From assembly GCA_031835245.2 (NCBI GenBank), contig JAVKOQ020000112.1, positions 62,001 to 126,000 on the forward strand: DNA of 64,000 nucleotides, in the 5' to 3' direction. The position numbers were made by a program, and so were the translations under genes. Below, piece by piece: positions 25,801 through 40,000 of this stretch. How positions within the stretch are numbered: the stretch's first letter is position 1; each line of letters begins with the position of its first letter. The notes below the pieces were generated by a model that was given only the letters and a program-made list of their open reading frames with translations, did not search any database and was not told where the DNA came from. Source of the DNA: Balamuthia mandrillaris (lineage: Eukaryota).

Positions 25801-28800
25801 ATGACAACCCGTCAAAATAGCGGAGGGTTTCTGGAGCCCATGACACGCAGCAATGGCAACAACAAAATTCTCGCCACCTCTTCAAGGGCACGGAGACCAC
25901 GGTCACCCTCTGCAAAATTGCTCCATAACTCCCTTCACTTTGGATCCTATCACGAGAGGTGGAGATACTGTCACGACGATAGCGAGATCGTGGGGGAGGC
26001 TCTTCTTACCAACACTGTTTCTCTGGCCTTGAGCTTTCTGCAATGGCGTAAAGAAGCTAGCGTACTCAGGCATCGCCCTAAACGAAATAGAGAACTAAGG
26101 AGAAGGAGCAGTAAACACTTAGAGGGCTCTAAACAATCGCCACAACAATCACAGCAAGTTTACCAGTATTTTCAAAACATTGCTGAAGGCTTGGTCTATA
26201 AGGCTGTTTGTGAGGATCAACTAGAGTTAGCACGAACGTTACTAATGCGAAGTGGTCACCCGAATGCATCCCTTCACCTGAAGGATCTGGCTTTTCTTAC
26301 AACACGTCGCACCACCCGAACGAAGCTTCTTTTGCAGCTCGGCTATCGCCAGCCTATCCTCTCTCACCATCTCCAAAATAATGATTTCGACGACAACACA
26401 AGGAAGACAGCCCACGCTGAAGAACATTTTGTAGTAACCCATTTTCATGATGACCACCCGACACAATCCTCCCCCGAAAGAAGCACCCATGGCGAGAAAG
26501 CCGTCTCCAATGACCAATTCTCAGAGGAAGAAAGAGCTGCGGTGGACTACACACTCCTTTTGGAAGATTTGTATCCCAACGTACATTTCACTACCGAGTA
26601 TGAGCAACTCTCTTCCTCTGAAGAGGGTAGTATGTGCAACAACTACTGTTTATTGGCCCCGCTTTCGTCTGTTCAAGAGGAACCTTGCCATAGTTCAACC
26701 TCCATTGAACTGGCGTCGGATAACATCAAGCATGACCAACTGTTGCGCCACTCCATCTACACGGAGAACAAAGCTGATTTGGATGACATACTTCCCGACA
26801 CTGGCCTTCGTTATGGGCTTCAGTTAGTGGATGTGTTCGGCCATCCCCTTGCAAATGATGATGCCGGCTTCTTTGGTACATCCTACCATCGTTACCACAG
26901 CAGCGAGAATGACGATGAAGATGACGACGATCATAACGATGAGGATGATGAGGGCGTTGATGAATATTGGAGCGATGCTAGCGACGAGGAAAGTGATGCC
27001 AGTTATAGCCACGCACATTTCGGTCATTTCCATGCAGCTGCATCATCGACAAGCAATAGGGTTTCTATTGCCATCCGGCCAATGCCGTTTGAGAGCTTGG
27101 GAGCTGGTTCCTCTCGTAGACAGCAGCAAATTGCCGTCGGACAAGGCTACCTTCACACAAGCTTGGATGTTGTGCTCAAGTGGTGGGATAACATTACACG
27201 GGAGAGGATACTCATAGAAAAATCATACCAAGTTTCTCAACGAGAATTGGGTGCCCGCTTGCGATATTACATCGGCCATAATGACTGGAAGTCCCTCGTA
27301 AGGACTATTCAATTGGATGTCGATGCTTCACTCCTCGAGCCAACCCAGTTGGATGCTCTGATCTCCTCTCTGTTGCCATTATGCTCGGTAATGCCCCTTT
27401 TTTGCTCTTCTTATTTTCCCTGCAACCAACATTTTCTTTTCTTGTTGTTTGTTGATACTGCAGAACTACATTGCTGATATAATGCTGGACACGTTTGCGC
27501 AGCGTGATATTTTCCTCACCCAAGAAAGGGAAAACAATCCGCATGCTTTACTTCGGCGTCTTTGTAGGACCAAGCAACTGTTCTCCAGAAGTGAATGTCC
27601 CCGATCCGAACAGCTCTCCTCTATGCTCCCATGTGGTCGCTTCTCTTTCTTTCACACATTCTTTGTACAATTTTGTATAGATAACGGCTTGCGAGATGTT
27701 CTTGCGTTATATGTACGTGGCTATGACCTCCCGTTGCTTCAGTTTCCGCCAGTGGATCCTTCAGGCAGCGGGCAGTCGCGTGCAACCTCAATTCCAGACT
27801 GGGTCTCCCTTTTGGGCCATTTCTGCAACAGGCTTGATGACATACCGCAGGCATCCTTCCTTAGTGCTCGAGTGCATATCAAGGTTGATATTCTGCTCTC
27901 GTTTGTTTGTTTTTGTTTTGTTGCAATACGTTCCTAGCCCTTTTCTAAGCTATGAAATTGTGGTCAACGATAGCCCACCATACGACGGATTCAGGACATG
28001 CTAAAGGACGGGCTCGTGTTAGCAAGCCTGGCAACACTTCTCTATGCCGGCCCCTCCCTAGCTCAGCTCATTGCAACTGGTAGTAATCCTAGAGAGGAAC
28101 GTTGGCGATTTGACAGCACTACACTGAAGGACTGTTTAAAAGATTATCCCTCTCTGCTGTCTGCTCTATTTCCTGATGAAGAGCAAACGCGGCACTGGGT
28201 GGTGCCATCTACTTCATCTCATCAACAGTCTGTACAAGAGGAGGGAGGACATCGGCGGGGCGACTTTTTTACTCATTGCCATGACGTTAGCATGTTACAA
28301 CTGTTGGAAGATGCGTTACCCTTTTATGTGCATAGGATAATGACAATGGCGATGGGATCATCTGGTACAACACTAAATACTGGCAGTCTACTGCTGAACC
28401 TTTCCAACGAGCGGCTCCTAGCCCGAAACACTTCGCAACTACAACCAACTCAGCAGGAGGGTCGCAACCTGCCTCTCCTTTCAAGTCCATCTCTTGCTGA
28501 GTATGCCCACAAGGATGCGCTGGATGTCTACTACTACTTGCGTTTGGGAAGACCCTTCCAAGCCTTCTACTTCTTCCTGAAGGAAGGTAGCAAGGCCTTC
28601 ACCTACTCTCATCGGGTGGAGTGGTTTGACAGTGTGCCTACCACAGTCCTACACAACGAAGACGTTACTCAATTTCCTTCGCCGCCTCCTTCAACCTTTT
28701 CCTCCTTGCCTTTCAACACTCGTTCCGGCCAAAAGCAACAACAGCAATTACTTCTATCGGCAGAGGAAGCAGAGTTTCTACAACGGTGAGTACCAGTGTT

Positions 28801-31800
28801 GCTTGTACTCTTTACTTTTTTCGAGTGCTCACTTGATGCCCACTTTTCCTGAAACCAATCCACACTGCATAGATACGTTCGAGTTGCAGCTATGCGCCAC
28901 GTCCAGAGCGAAGAGGTGCGGGGGGCATGCACCTCATTCTTGCAAACATGTGGCCTATCTAGTGACGCCCTCTCCATTGACTTGGAGGCTGCTCGTCGCA
29001 TAGTTGCCTATACTGCTACAATGACCCCCAGTGGCGGCAAAGCAGAAAGTAGATCACAAAATGAAAGTTTGCCCCACCAAGATGAGGTCATTCGATTGTT
29101 CCTTTCCTTGGATACTGCCGATCAGGTTGGTCGGGAAGGAGAAGTGGAGACTTTCAAGACAGCTAGCCAGAAGCAAGCCTTCACTCCACAACAAGAAGCC
29201 CTCCGGCTGTTGGAACAAGCAACTGCCTTCCTTGGCCAACAGCAAGGACCGTTGGGTTCTACGATACCCATAGAAGTATCATCGTCATCACTGGTAACAG
29301 TAAAAAAGAGTTTTGAAAAGCAGAAGCAGCCGCCAAGTAATACATCATCGTGGTCCCTTGTGGCTAGCTTCTGTCGGTTGCATGGCTTACCTCTCAGCCA
29401 ACAACACTTGTGCAACCTCGCCCGTGCAAATGACTGGATTTGCTTCCTGCATGAAGCGCAGACCCAACAATATCCGCTGGACCAACTACTGCCAATCATC
29501 AAGACCCACTTCAATGACCACAGCCTACGCAGCCATCTCGTTCAATCTCTGCTTTTGCTTCGTAGGAAAGAAGCTGCTGGAAGGTCCTCCCTTCACTGTG
29601 ATACAGTAGTGACTCCCGACGAGCAGTTGGACCCTTCCGCAACAGATGATAGCAGCGACAGCAGTAATGGCAAGGACGACTTGTTCGATTGTATTCTTCA
29701 AGCCCAACGACAGTCGTCTCCGGGGAATGAGTTGCTTTTGCAAGCTGTGCGACGCCGACGGCCCCTGCTTGCCGTGACAGCCGCCTGCTTCCACGATGTA
29801 CATCCTAGTCAGTGTATGTTAGGATGGTTGTATAGCAGCTTTCCCGCTATCCCCCATCAGCAGAAGGAGAAGGAAGAGTTGAAGGGAAACTCTCATTCAG
29901 AACAGCTTTCATATGCAGCAACAACCCCACCCTCTCAGTGGACACTTGGCGATGTTCGCAAAATGGTTCGTCTGCTTTGCGAACACCACCAATATCTCAA
30001 GGTCCAAAAGGCTTTTCTGCTTTTTGATGCGGGCAATCCCTTCCTGGAGTATCTGCTCTTCCATCAAGCATTTGTGCAATATCGCTTCAAGGATTGCAAG
30101 CGCCATCTATGTCAGTTTGTTGCCGCACTCAAGTCCTTCCAACAGGTTGGCCCTGATAAAGATGCTACTATCTTTGGCGATAAGAGTACGTGATGACTGT
30201 TCCATATTTTTCCCCTTCTAACCAACAACTTTACCAGAATGGCAACGATCTGTGGCACTCGAACTCGTGGAAATGCTGTTTGAACGTAAGGCTGCATCTG
30301 CCTACGAACAGGAGCACTTGCTAAAGGTAGTACATCACTCTGGCCTCAGTAGCAAATACAGCCGCCTGCACAGCACTTTCAACCTACTGCAACGGACAGG
30401 ACTGCCGTTATCTTTGCTTCGCAGCCCACCCTCTATCATTGTGTCACAACTGCTTGTTCATGGGCATTATAATGAGGCAAGAACTTATGTGGCTGACATC
30501 CACAAAGCGAAAAGCCGTACCCACGTTGTCGTTAGTCTGCACGATTCCCAGTCTTCTCCCACAGACGAAATACTTGATCAAGCTGATGAAATGCCCTCTG
30601 GTTGGCAGGATGGAAGTTATAACGACCTGATGGATTGTAACGCTATTACGCTGGCCGAAGTTCGTGCTCTGGTCTCAAACTACTACAGCAACGACTGCCT
30701 GTGGCTTGTTGAGGAGGAACGACTGGTATCACCACTCTCCCTCTCCCTCTCCCTCTCCCTCTCCCTCTCCCTCTCCCTCTCCTCTCCCTCTCCTCTCCCT
30801 CTCCCTCTCCCTCTCCCTCCCTCTCCCTCTCCCTCTCCCTCTCCCTCTCCCTCTCCCTCTCTCCCTCTCCCTCTCCTCTCCCTCTCCCTCTCCCTCTCCT
30901 CTCTTCTCTCTCCCTCTCCCTCTCCCTCTCCCTCTCCCTCTCGAAGGCGGTAATTACTGACCAAACTTATTTGTGTGCTGCAATACAACAGAACCTTTGG
31001 AAACGGTGTCACCACATCTTCTTAGATAAAAATTGTGACAGCGACGTAAGCGGCTCCTTCATGCAAGAACAGGCCTTCAAAGAAGGCAGAACAGCCAAAG
31101 AGCAGCTATTGCTGCTCTCTCAGGCTCTGATGTGGTTCAATGGGACTGCTAAAGCTTCCATTGCCCAACAAGAGGCCTCCGTCAGCCCCATCACCACGAA
31201 TAGTTTCAACCCAACCGCTACCACTCCAACACAAGAGGATCATATGCCACCAATGCGGCGCTACGCTGCCTCTACCCTGTCCTTCTCGACCAGCATGGTC
31301 AGCAGTAGTTTGTTCTCTTCCCCTTTTGCATCCCCTTTCCGTGGGCAGGGCGGCAGCGTCATGACTGAATCAGGCCGTTATCGTCGCCTAGTTTTGGAGG
31401 AACACACCAAGCAAGGACCCTGTCGCCCGCCAGAGTTCCTCCAAGAGCTAGAAAAACGTATCCTGCTGCTTTCTGTCAGTGCGGAAGTGGGTCTGTTCCG
31501 TGAGGGTGATGGCCAACCACCCTTGAAGTCATCCTCTCGCTCCGTAGTGGCTGCTCCTGCGATCGAAACCACCAACAGTCAAGAATTCTCGCAGCTAAAC
31601 CCCGGACATAGCTTATCCCCGCTGCCACTAGCCATAGATACGAGTGCCCTCCATCAGCTCATTGGCCTACTTATCAACAATGATGATCTTCATAAGGCCA
31701 GCCAGATTTGTATGCATTTTCTTGTCTGTCCCATCCCATTTCTTTTGAAGTTATTTCCAACATTGAATTTTCCGTTTTTAGGCGAACAACTCTCAATAGA

Positions 31801-34203
31801 GAGTACTGATGTTATTGTAGCTCGTACAATGGTAGACATTGCTGAAGGAACTCTTTCTCTCAATGCCATTCCCTGCAGTTAGTACCTTGTCCTTATTTTT
31901 ATTCTTTTTCTTCCTTACTTCTCGTGCTGCTTGTTTCTTTTGGGCTGGGGACATTTAGTTTGCTAACATAGCTCGTTTTACCTTTTGATACGCTCTGTTA
32001 TTAATTTCAAAAGGTGTATTATCCCTTATTACCCAGTCACTGACGAAGGGGTCAGAAGGGCAAGCTACTATTAACGATGACCCAGTCTACCAAGAAGAGG
32101 AAAAAATACGAGCAGTCATTAGAGAAAGCAACTCGAGAAACAAGGTTTCTTTGGTGTTGTCATGGCTAGCTTCTTGTTTGAGCTCTCACTGTAGAGAGTA
32201 TGGAGAACGAGTGGTCGCACAATTCAAGGTTGCACAGAAGTTGTGCAAGACCTTCAAACAAGTGAGAGAGGAAGAAGATCCATATTCCATATTGTCTGAT
32301 TTGCTGCGCCTTGGAAAACTTGCCTTCGACCTTGCTAATATCTTCGTCACTAGCAATAACCTTGATTACAATACTGTACGTTGCTTAGCCTTATTTGTTG
32401 CAGTCTTTCACTAACTCCTGTTTTTTCCATCTTTTCTTGCAGGTGGCCAAACTTCTGGCCAATGTGTATCATGAGGCTCTTCAACAGCATTTACTAATCG
32501 AGACTGGTGGTCCATCTGTTAGCGACCAACATCAACAGATCGATCCCACTTGGAGCGACACTGACTTTGCATCATTCGTCAACATCTGTAAAGTAAGTCT
32601 TTTTCTTGTTGTAGGCTTGAAGCTGTCCTATCGTAACATGAAATAACAACCTGCAGATACCACACGAAGTTGGACAGCGGTTCTTAATTCTTATGTCTGA
32701 AAGAGAGGCCGATACATGTGAAACGCCTTCTGATATATCCCATGAATGCGAAGTGGAACTACTTGTGCGGGCTTATTTCTGTTTCAGCCTATCATGCCAC
32801 CTGGAGGGAACCCACATGGTACTCGCTTTGGTCAAGCGGAGGGTCGATACCTATGTGAAAGCAAAGAAGTTTAGGTTACTGGTCCGCCTACTTACGGGAA
32901 TTAAAAGCTACGAACAACTAACATATCTCTTCGACCTATTATTTGAGTATCCTTTAATCTCGTTTGTTTGTTTGTTTGTTTGTTTTTTTGGTTTCCCTGG
33001 TCACTTTGTTTACTTCGCGAATTCTTTGACTATCTTTCTCCCTCCTTTTTCTGCGACAACTACAAGACATGACCAATTTGAGCTCATCCTACGGAAGAAC
33101 GTGATACAGCGCAGCAGGGCAGGCAGTAGTGGCAGTGGTTCAGGAAGACGGCGCAGCGATTCATCCGAGATTGGGAGCAGAGATGGGACCTCAAGCAATA
33201 CAGATTCAATTGAATTTCGACGCGCTCTGCACAATTATATCTCTCAGTACCACCCTCAAGACACAGAAAAGCTAACGATGATGTTCTTGGCCTTTAATAT
33301 GCACCGCGAAATGGGTGATTTTCTCAGATCAAAGGTATCAGTCACTCTCTCCTCATTTCTGATTCCCCCAGTTACATTCCTGATGGCATAGTCATATTTT
33401 CAGGCCATGGAGCTCCTTTCACAGCAAAAGAACAAGCCTGTTTCAAGTCGTAAGCACCTTTTAGAGATCATGAGTCTGTATTTGGATGCTGCTGATAACT
33501 ACGTTAAAGATAGAAGCTTTGTAAAAGGCAATCGTTGTCTTGCAATGGTTTGTCCACTCCATGGTGATTGCCTTTGGTGCAACTTATTTATTCTTTCTCT
33601 TCTCTCTTCGGTAGGCATCTTTGATGTCTTTACAAGTTCGAAGGGAAGATCTGAAACTGCTGAATCTTAATAACTCAGAAGCAAGACAACTTTTAACACA
33701 TGCTTTTGATAACTTTCAAGAATGCCAGATAGTTGCAGTGGCCTATGACCTGAACCGTATTTCAGAATGGGCAGCGTACGTAGAGTTGTTATTTTCTATT
33801 TCTTTTTGGTTCTGTGTTTTAACCGGCTATTTGTGTAGTCCTCTTTATCACCAAGTTGTTGTGCGAAACAACTTAACATTCTGGGAAGAGATGAAACAAG
33901 TGCCGCACACAATCTCTTCATTTCCCTTTATCTTCACAGAGCTGACAAAGATGGTATTTCGGAATCCACACAATTAGGTTGTCTCATCTTTCTTTTTCTT
34001 ACTAATTTGTCTTTTGAACACAAAAGTTTTTGCAAGACCCTCAGCGAGCGAACCACACGCATGCCTTCAAAGCATTCCTTAGGACATTGAACGACCGTTT
34101 CCTGTGCTACGATATTGCGAAGCGGGTTGGCTTCACAGACCTGCAGGCCGAAATACTCGAACGGAACCCCAGCCTCGTTTATTGGAAACCACCATCGCAA
34201 TAA
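22874..34203 (+). CDS. SPG11: Spatacsin-like protein, large multi-exon gene
   Basis: WSLVASFCRLHGLPLS..HL..LARANDW..FLHEAQ; C-terminal domain ELLVRAYFCF..C..EG, LLVRLLTGIKSYEQLTYLFDLL, FQECQIVAVAYDLN. Exon boundaries are approximate. Confidence 0.8.
30735..30941 (+). repeat. Intronic (CTCTCC)n polypyrimidine microsatellite
   Basis: About 200 nt made only of C and T in hexamer units. Confidence 0.95.
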
Positions 34204-34405
34204 ACAACAAAAATAAACAAACGGAACTAAGATCACCCAGAGGGGACGAGTGTGCTTGCGTTCATACTCGCCCCCTGGAAAACAGTGCCCATTTTATTTG
34301 GCTGAGCGTAACCAGCCAGCCACGACCAATCAGAAAAGGGGGAGAGGGTTCTTCTTGTGCCGTTTTCCCTTAATAATTATTAGGACAGGCTTCTTCTTCT
34401 TCATT

Positions 34406-34443
<38 letters not shown>

Positions 34444-34511
34444 GGCGCGACCTTCTTTTTCTTTCTTTTTTTTTCGCTCCTCCCTGTGACAGCAAACCCG
34501 CACAAAGAACA

Positions 34512-35555
34512 ATGCAAGCACCTGGCGTGGGCGTTCCCCAACAACAATCTGCCTTTGGGCAGCAGCAACCTTGGTTCGCTAGTTACTACAACCAGGTCAA
34601 CCCTCAGCTCTTGCAGCAAATCCAGGGCTGGTTCTATTCCATTGGTTGGTTCTATTTTTTCCCCCCTTCTCTTCCACACTTTTTGGTTTGTCTCTGATTC
34701 TCTCCGTCTCTCCGTCTCTCTGTCTCTCTCTGTCTCTGTCTCTCTCTCTGTCTCTCTCTGTCTCTCTCTCTCCCTTCTAGATACCGACCGTAATGGAACT
34801 TTGGATCCCCAGGAATTGGGCAAGGCCTTGGCTGCTGCTCAGGTACTTTTGCTTTCCCTTTGAGCTGCCACTCCAGTTTTGTTGTAACTCAAATCTTGCT
34901 CCTCTCCTGTTCAGATGAACTACAACCAACATACCATTATGAAGCTCATGCAAGCCTTCGATACAAACAAACGCGGTACCCTTAACATCAATGAGTAAGC
35001 TTCTCTCTCTCTGCTCCTTGGTCGGTTCCCACCTGTCTGTAACTGATGCATCCTCTTGTAGGTTTGTTGCCCTGTACCAGTTCTTGTGCCAAATGCGCAA
35101 TTCGTTCATGAACTTTGATGTAAGTCCCTTTTTGCAGTTGTTAAACTCGTCCAACAACCGCTCTAATTTTACTTTGTTTTTTTGACCACCAGCGCGACAG
35201 GTCTGGTACTTTGGATTGGGTAGAGCTCAGCCAAGCGCTGGCCATGAGCGGTTTCCAGCTTTCCCAGCAAGGCATCCAGGCACTCACCTTGCGTTTCGAC
35301 CCACAAAGGAAAGGCGGGTTGACCTTGGAGGCCTTCACTGAGATGACCTTGTTCCTTGGTAACCTTCGCAACTACTTTGACTGGTGTGCCCGTCAAGGCG
35401 GAGGCAAGAAGGATAAAAAGGACAAGAAGGATAAAAAGGACAAGAAAGACAAGAAGGACAAGAAGCCGCAAGGAGCCGCCCCCACTGGTGCCACTGGTGG
35501 TTCCATTCGCATCAACTTTGATCAGCTCGTGTCTGCTGCTCCTTACTTTGCCTAG
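34512..35555 (+). CDS. Penta-EF-hand protein (peflin/ALG-2-like) with a (KKD)n insert, multi-exon
   Basis: DTDRNGTLDPQEL, FDTNKRGTLNINEF, D-RDRSGTLDWVEL, FDPQRKGGLTLEAF, GSIRINFDQL. Confidence 0.85.
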
Positions 35556-35819
35556 AGACAAAGGAGAGGAAAGAAAGGCGCTTTGACGCGCTTCCGCTCA
35601 AAATAAAACCATTCACTACACTTGGGCAGCGCAACACCACAAACACAAAAGGCCACAAAACAAAGAAACTAGCGTTCACTCGCTTGCAAGGCGCAACGAA
35701 CAGAACACACACTCTTTCGGTCCTGTGTTGTTGTTGTTAACAACATTCGCCTTTTTCGCTCGGTCTCGGCCTTTCCCTTTTTGGCACGACTAGTGGAGGA
35801 GGCTGCCGCAACTGAAGAG

Positions 35820-36623
35820 ATGGAGAAGACCGCAAGTCAGTCCCTGATGTCTCGGTTGAGAACGGAGACGGTATGCGAGTATTCGACCAAGGAGTACGAC
35901 TTCGAAAGCATCTTGCGTAAGATATTTGACTGGCAAGAGAAGGACTTGAACCTTCTGCACGAAAAAGTAGCGGGAAGTAGCGAGCTGCCACCTCTCACCT
36001 TCGAATGGGACCAAAAGACGGTCTACCATCAGACCTACTACAATTCTCCTCTGCTGCCCGAGATGTTGTCGCTTTACGAGCGCTTTGTGAAAGAAGTAGT
36101 AGCGCCGCAGTTTGAAGGCGAGGTAGCCATAGTCTACCAGCGCAAGCCTACCTTCAGGGTCCACTTGCCCAACAACTTTGCGGTGCCACACAACAGAGGA
36201 CCCGAAGAGAGGCCAGGGCTGCACTGTGACAGCGAGTACAACCACCCACCCGGAGAAATAAACTTCTGGGTACCTTTCACTCCTACAAACGAGCACAACA
36301 CGATGTGGACAGAAAGCGAACCCTTCAAGGAGGATTGGCACCCTGCCCTGCTTTCCTATGGCCAGTTTCTTCGCTTCAACGGCAACCTATGCCGCCACTA
36401 CGGCAACAAGAACGCTTCAGGTCTCACGCGCGTCTCGGTAGACTTTAGAGTAGTGCCTATGTCTCAATGGGACGAAACTGCGGTGGTCAAGGCATCTGTG
36501 CAGAGTTTCAGAAAGTTCATCATAGGGGACTATTTCGAAGAGTATCAGCTTCCTTCACCTTCACCAAGTCATAGCAAAAACGAATGGGGCGAATCATCGA
36601 GCAGAAAAACGCACCAGACCTGA
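35820..36623 (+). CDS. StrG-like / 2OG-Fe(II) oxygenase-fold protein; intronless
   Basis: YQRKPTFRVHLP, LHCD (HxD), EINFWVPFT, CRH, TRVSVDFR. First ATG is at 35820. Confidence 0.75.
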   Translation: MEKTASQSLMSRLRTETVCEYSTKEYDFESILRKIFDWQEKDLNLLHEKVAGSSELPPLTFEWDQKTVYHQTYYNSPLLPEMLSLYERFVKEVVAPQFEGEVAIVYQRKPTFRVHLPNNFAVPHNRGPEERPGLHCDSEYNHPPGEINFWVPFTPTNEHNTMWTESEPFKEDWHPALLSYGQFLRFNGNLCRHYGNKNASGLTRVSVDFRVVPMSQWDETAVVKASVQSFRKFIIGDYFEEYQLPSPSPSHSKNEWGESSSRKTHQT

Positions 36624-36968
36624 TCAGAAACAACGAATTAGTCTTTTGGGTCAATGAGCATGTTTCCCGCCAAAACAACCCTTCATTCTCCCACGTCTGT
36701 GAGGGCAAAGCGGTTGGGGGGGGGGGGGTGAATGGAATGGTGCTCATGCTGATGCTGCCAATACACTTTTGTTGCTCGTCATTCGCCTTGACACTTTTCT
36801 GCTACTCGTTTTCTTTTCTTTTCTTTTTTTCTTTTCTTTTCTTTTCTTTTCTTTTCTTTTCTTTTCTTTTCTTTTCTTTTCTTTTCTTTTCTTTTCTTTT
36901 CTTTTCTTTTCTTTTCTTTTCTTTTCAAAAGTAAACACCCACGAAGCTCCACGCACCACCGTATTTCG
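36610..36968 (+). mobile_element. Degenerate fragment of the left end of the Fanzor element
   Basis: attagtcttttggg.caatgagcatgtttcccgccaaaacaaccc...gctccacgcaccaccgtatttc is shared with 43434-43710; it has an expanded (TTTTC)n. Confidence 0.85.
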
Positions 36969-37064
36969 GATTGCGGAAGAAGAAAACGAAGAGAGAAAAT
37001 AAAATACAAGGTACTTCAGAATAATTGACATTGGCTTTGTACATTCATCGTTCGTTGGAAAAAG

Positions 37065-40000
37065 TCAATAGTTTTTCGTTGTGTCGTTGTCACTTAGTGA
37101 TTCCGGTTCGGGCTCTTCCTTCTCCTCAAGTGAACCAACTCCCTTTTTCTTTGTGGTCGTGTTTTCTTCTGCCTCTTTGTCATGCTTCTCTTGTTCCTTT
37201 TCGTCCTCTTCGTCTTGTTCATCCTGTTCCTCTTCTTCATCCTCTTCTTGATCTTTCACATCCCCTTCACTGGCACTGTCAGATTTGGCTATTACTGGTG
37301 AAGTTGTTATCTCATGGTGTGGATCAGCAAAAGTCACGGCCGCGACCACAGTAGGAACCGGAGCAGGACCAAGAGCAAGAGCAGGCGCAGACGCAGACGC
37401 AGACGCAGACGCAGGCGCAGGGGCAGAAGCAGCAGATATGCCAGGGCTGGACTCCAACGATGTAGCCCTTGCGCTCTCAAGTAGAGTAGCATTCCGAGTG
37501 GTGTCAGTGGCTAGCTGCAAGTCATCTTTGATTCCGTTGCTATCAAGCAGTGGCTCAGCCGAAGGCTTTGATGAGGTATTTTCAGTTTGACTTTTACCAG
37601 GCTCGCCACGTCGCTTGTCCTCCTCCCAGTCGCTATCCTCACCGTCTGCCTCGTTGCCGTCGTGGTGATGTAACACTTCGTCAGATTTGGAGGCCTCTAT
37701 AATTTTCCGTTTTTCAATATCTTCCTCTTTGCTTGATTTCTCTCTTTCCTTATTCTTTGGTTCTTTCCTTCTTTCCTTTTCTTTATCCCTCTCCTTGTCC
37801 TCTTTCTTTCTGTCTTTATCGACCTCCTCTTTCTTCCCTTTCTCAACTTTTCTTTTTTCTTTCTCTTTCTCTTTCTCTTTCTCTTTCTCTTTCTCTTTCT
37901 CTTTCTCTTTCTCTTTCTCTTTCTCTTTCTCTTTTTCTCCTAATTTGTCCCGCTCCTCCATCCTCTTTTCTTTCGCCTCAAGCGCATCTTCCTTTGAGTC
38001 GCGGCTCTTCTTGAGCGCCCGTCTATCGTCGTTTGGTCGTGACTTGCCACTTTTTACCTTCGTTCCTTCTGTCGAGGTTCGCTGGCTGTTGCTGCCTTCC
38101 GCACTCGACTCGCATGTTGTCTTGCTGTCTTCCCTGTCAGGGTCTTCTGTGCCGACAAAATCGGCTGGCCTGCTGCTCTCTTCGTTGTCTCTGGATGATT
38201 TCTTTCGTTGTTTCCTTTTTTCCTTTTCAACAGCTGTGACCTGCAAAATATTGTTTACAGAACGAAAAGGTGAACGAGCTCGGTCGTTCTTATCCTCGCT
38301 GTCGGTGAGCTCATCATCCGCGTAGCCTTCCGTGTCTGAGTTAAGGGTTCCTGTATCCTCATCTCCATTGTTGCCAGAGCCAAGCTCTTTGGTTTCTGCT
38401 TTCGACACCCTGCGGGCCTTATTGTGCTGAGAGGCTAAGCTTATTGTTAAAGGTACAGTTGTCATCGTGGTTGCCGGTGCTGTTTGTTCCGCTTGTCTCG
38501 TCAAAACGAGAGGTGAGGGAGGGGACGAACTGAGGGAGCGAGGGGAGCGGGGAGAGGGAGAGCGCGGAGAGCGCGGGGATAAACTCGGGGAGCGGGCCCG
38601 TGGGGGCTTATCCTCGTTGCCTTCTTTTGATGATGACAACTTAGCCTCTTTAGCTTTGTTGCTTGTCCTCTTTTCCTTTTTGCCTGTGCTATCTCGATCC
38701 TTGTCTTTGTCCTTGGCTCGTTCTTGTTCTTTCGAAGAACTGTTGTTCCTCTCTTTTTCTCTCGTTTTGTCCTTGTCCTTGCTTTTTTCAGAAGGTTCTT
38801 TTTGAAGGATGCCAGAATCAGTCGCCTCAATTGTAGTTGAGTCCTTGCTCTGACCTCGTTTATTGCGCTTTGACGGCTTATCTGGTTCATCTTCTTCACG
38901 TCCTTCGCTGTCTGAAGAGGAGGAGGAAGAAGAAGAAGAGCTATCCACTCCTTTTATAAGTTCTGTGAGAAGGGCGCGTTTTACTTTAGCGAAGTTCTCG
39001 GTGTAGAAGCCTTTCTTTCTTTGTGTTTCCACTAGTTTTTTCGATCGGCTTGTGTCAGGAGAGCTTTTTCTGGCTTTGGATGGCGGTAAGTCTACTCCGG
39101 AGTTTTTCTTCCACGACAACGCAGGAGAGCTTGCTAGCGAAGGCAAACCACTTGCTTGGCTAGACTTCATTGATACAGATCTCTTCTTAGAGCTCGCTTT
39201 GGGTGGATTATCTAAAGCGGGCAAGTCCTCCAAGGAACGAGACGTAGGAGTTGAAGGCGTGTTTCGGTCATGATCCACGTCTGCAAGAATAGGAAGAGCT
39301 CCACGGCTACGAGAAAGGCTTGTCGATTCTGTTGCAGACTCTTGCTCGTCCTCTTCCTCTTCGAAAGCGTCCTCATCATCATCACTTCTGTCATTTTCTT
39401 CGTCAGTCCCTTCATCTTCAGAGGATTTAGCAAGTGACAAAACACTTGAAACATGTCCTTGCTTGAAGGCCGTCGTCCACTTGCGAAAAGCAGTTACAAC
39501 CTTGTGTACCATTTCATTAAACTCCCATCCCTCTCCTTCATTTAGATTGAATTCCACGTAAGTAACCACGCCCTACAGACATAATTGTCAAAACAAGCCC
39601 AAAAAAAAACACATTAAAAAAGCATAAAGAAACAACAGTCGCGAACAATCCTCACCCTTATTTTATGGGTTCTACGCTTCAAGGTGACTGAAAATTTAAG
39701 ATCTTTTTTCGGTTGTACGCACTTTATCATCTCTGTTATGGAGAGCGATCAGAGGTTTTAGAAATTGTAAACCAAGTCAGCAGGACGTACGCAAATGGTG
39801 TCGCTGGTTGGTCGTGTTGGCTTGGTATGAGTGAACATTCAAAGTATTGATGATATGACGAATTTGTGCCCAAGGCACATTAATGTCGTCGAATCTCTTG
39901 CTGAGGCGCAGCTTAAGTATGCAGTACAAGTTAATAGAGGCCTTCTTTGCTTTCAACAGAAATACGAGAAACAAACCACAAAACGAGCTAGCGCAGGGCT

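Noticed and set aside
37845..37940. Regular repeat arrays as possible CRISPR-like arrays
   Set aside because: Simple microsatellites without unique spacers (here encoding KE repeats); no CRISPR, tRNA or rRNA was recognised in the window.
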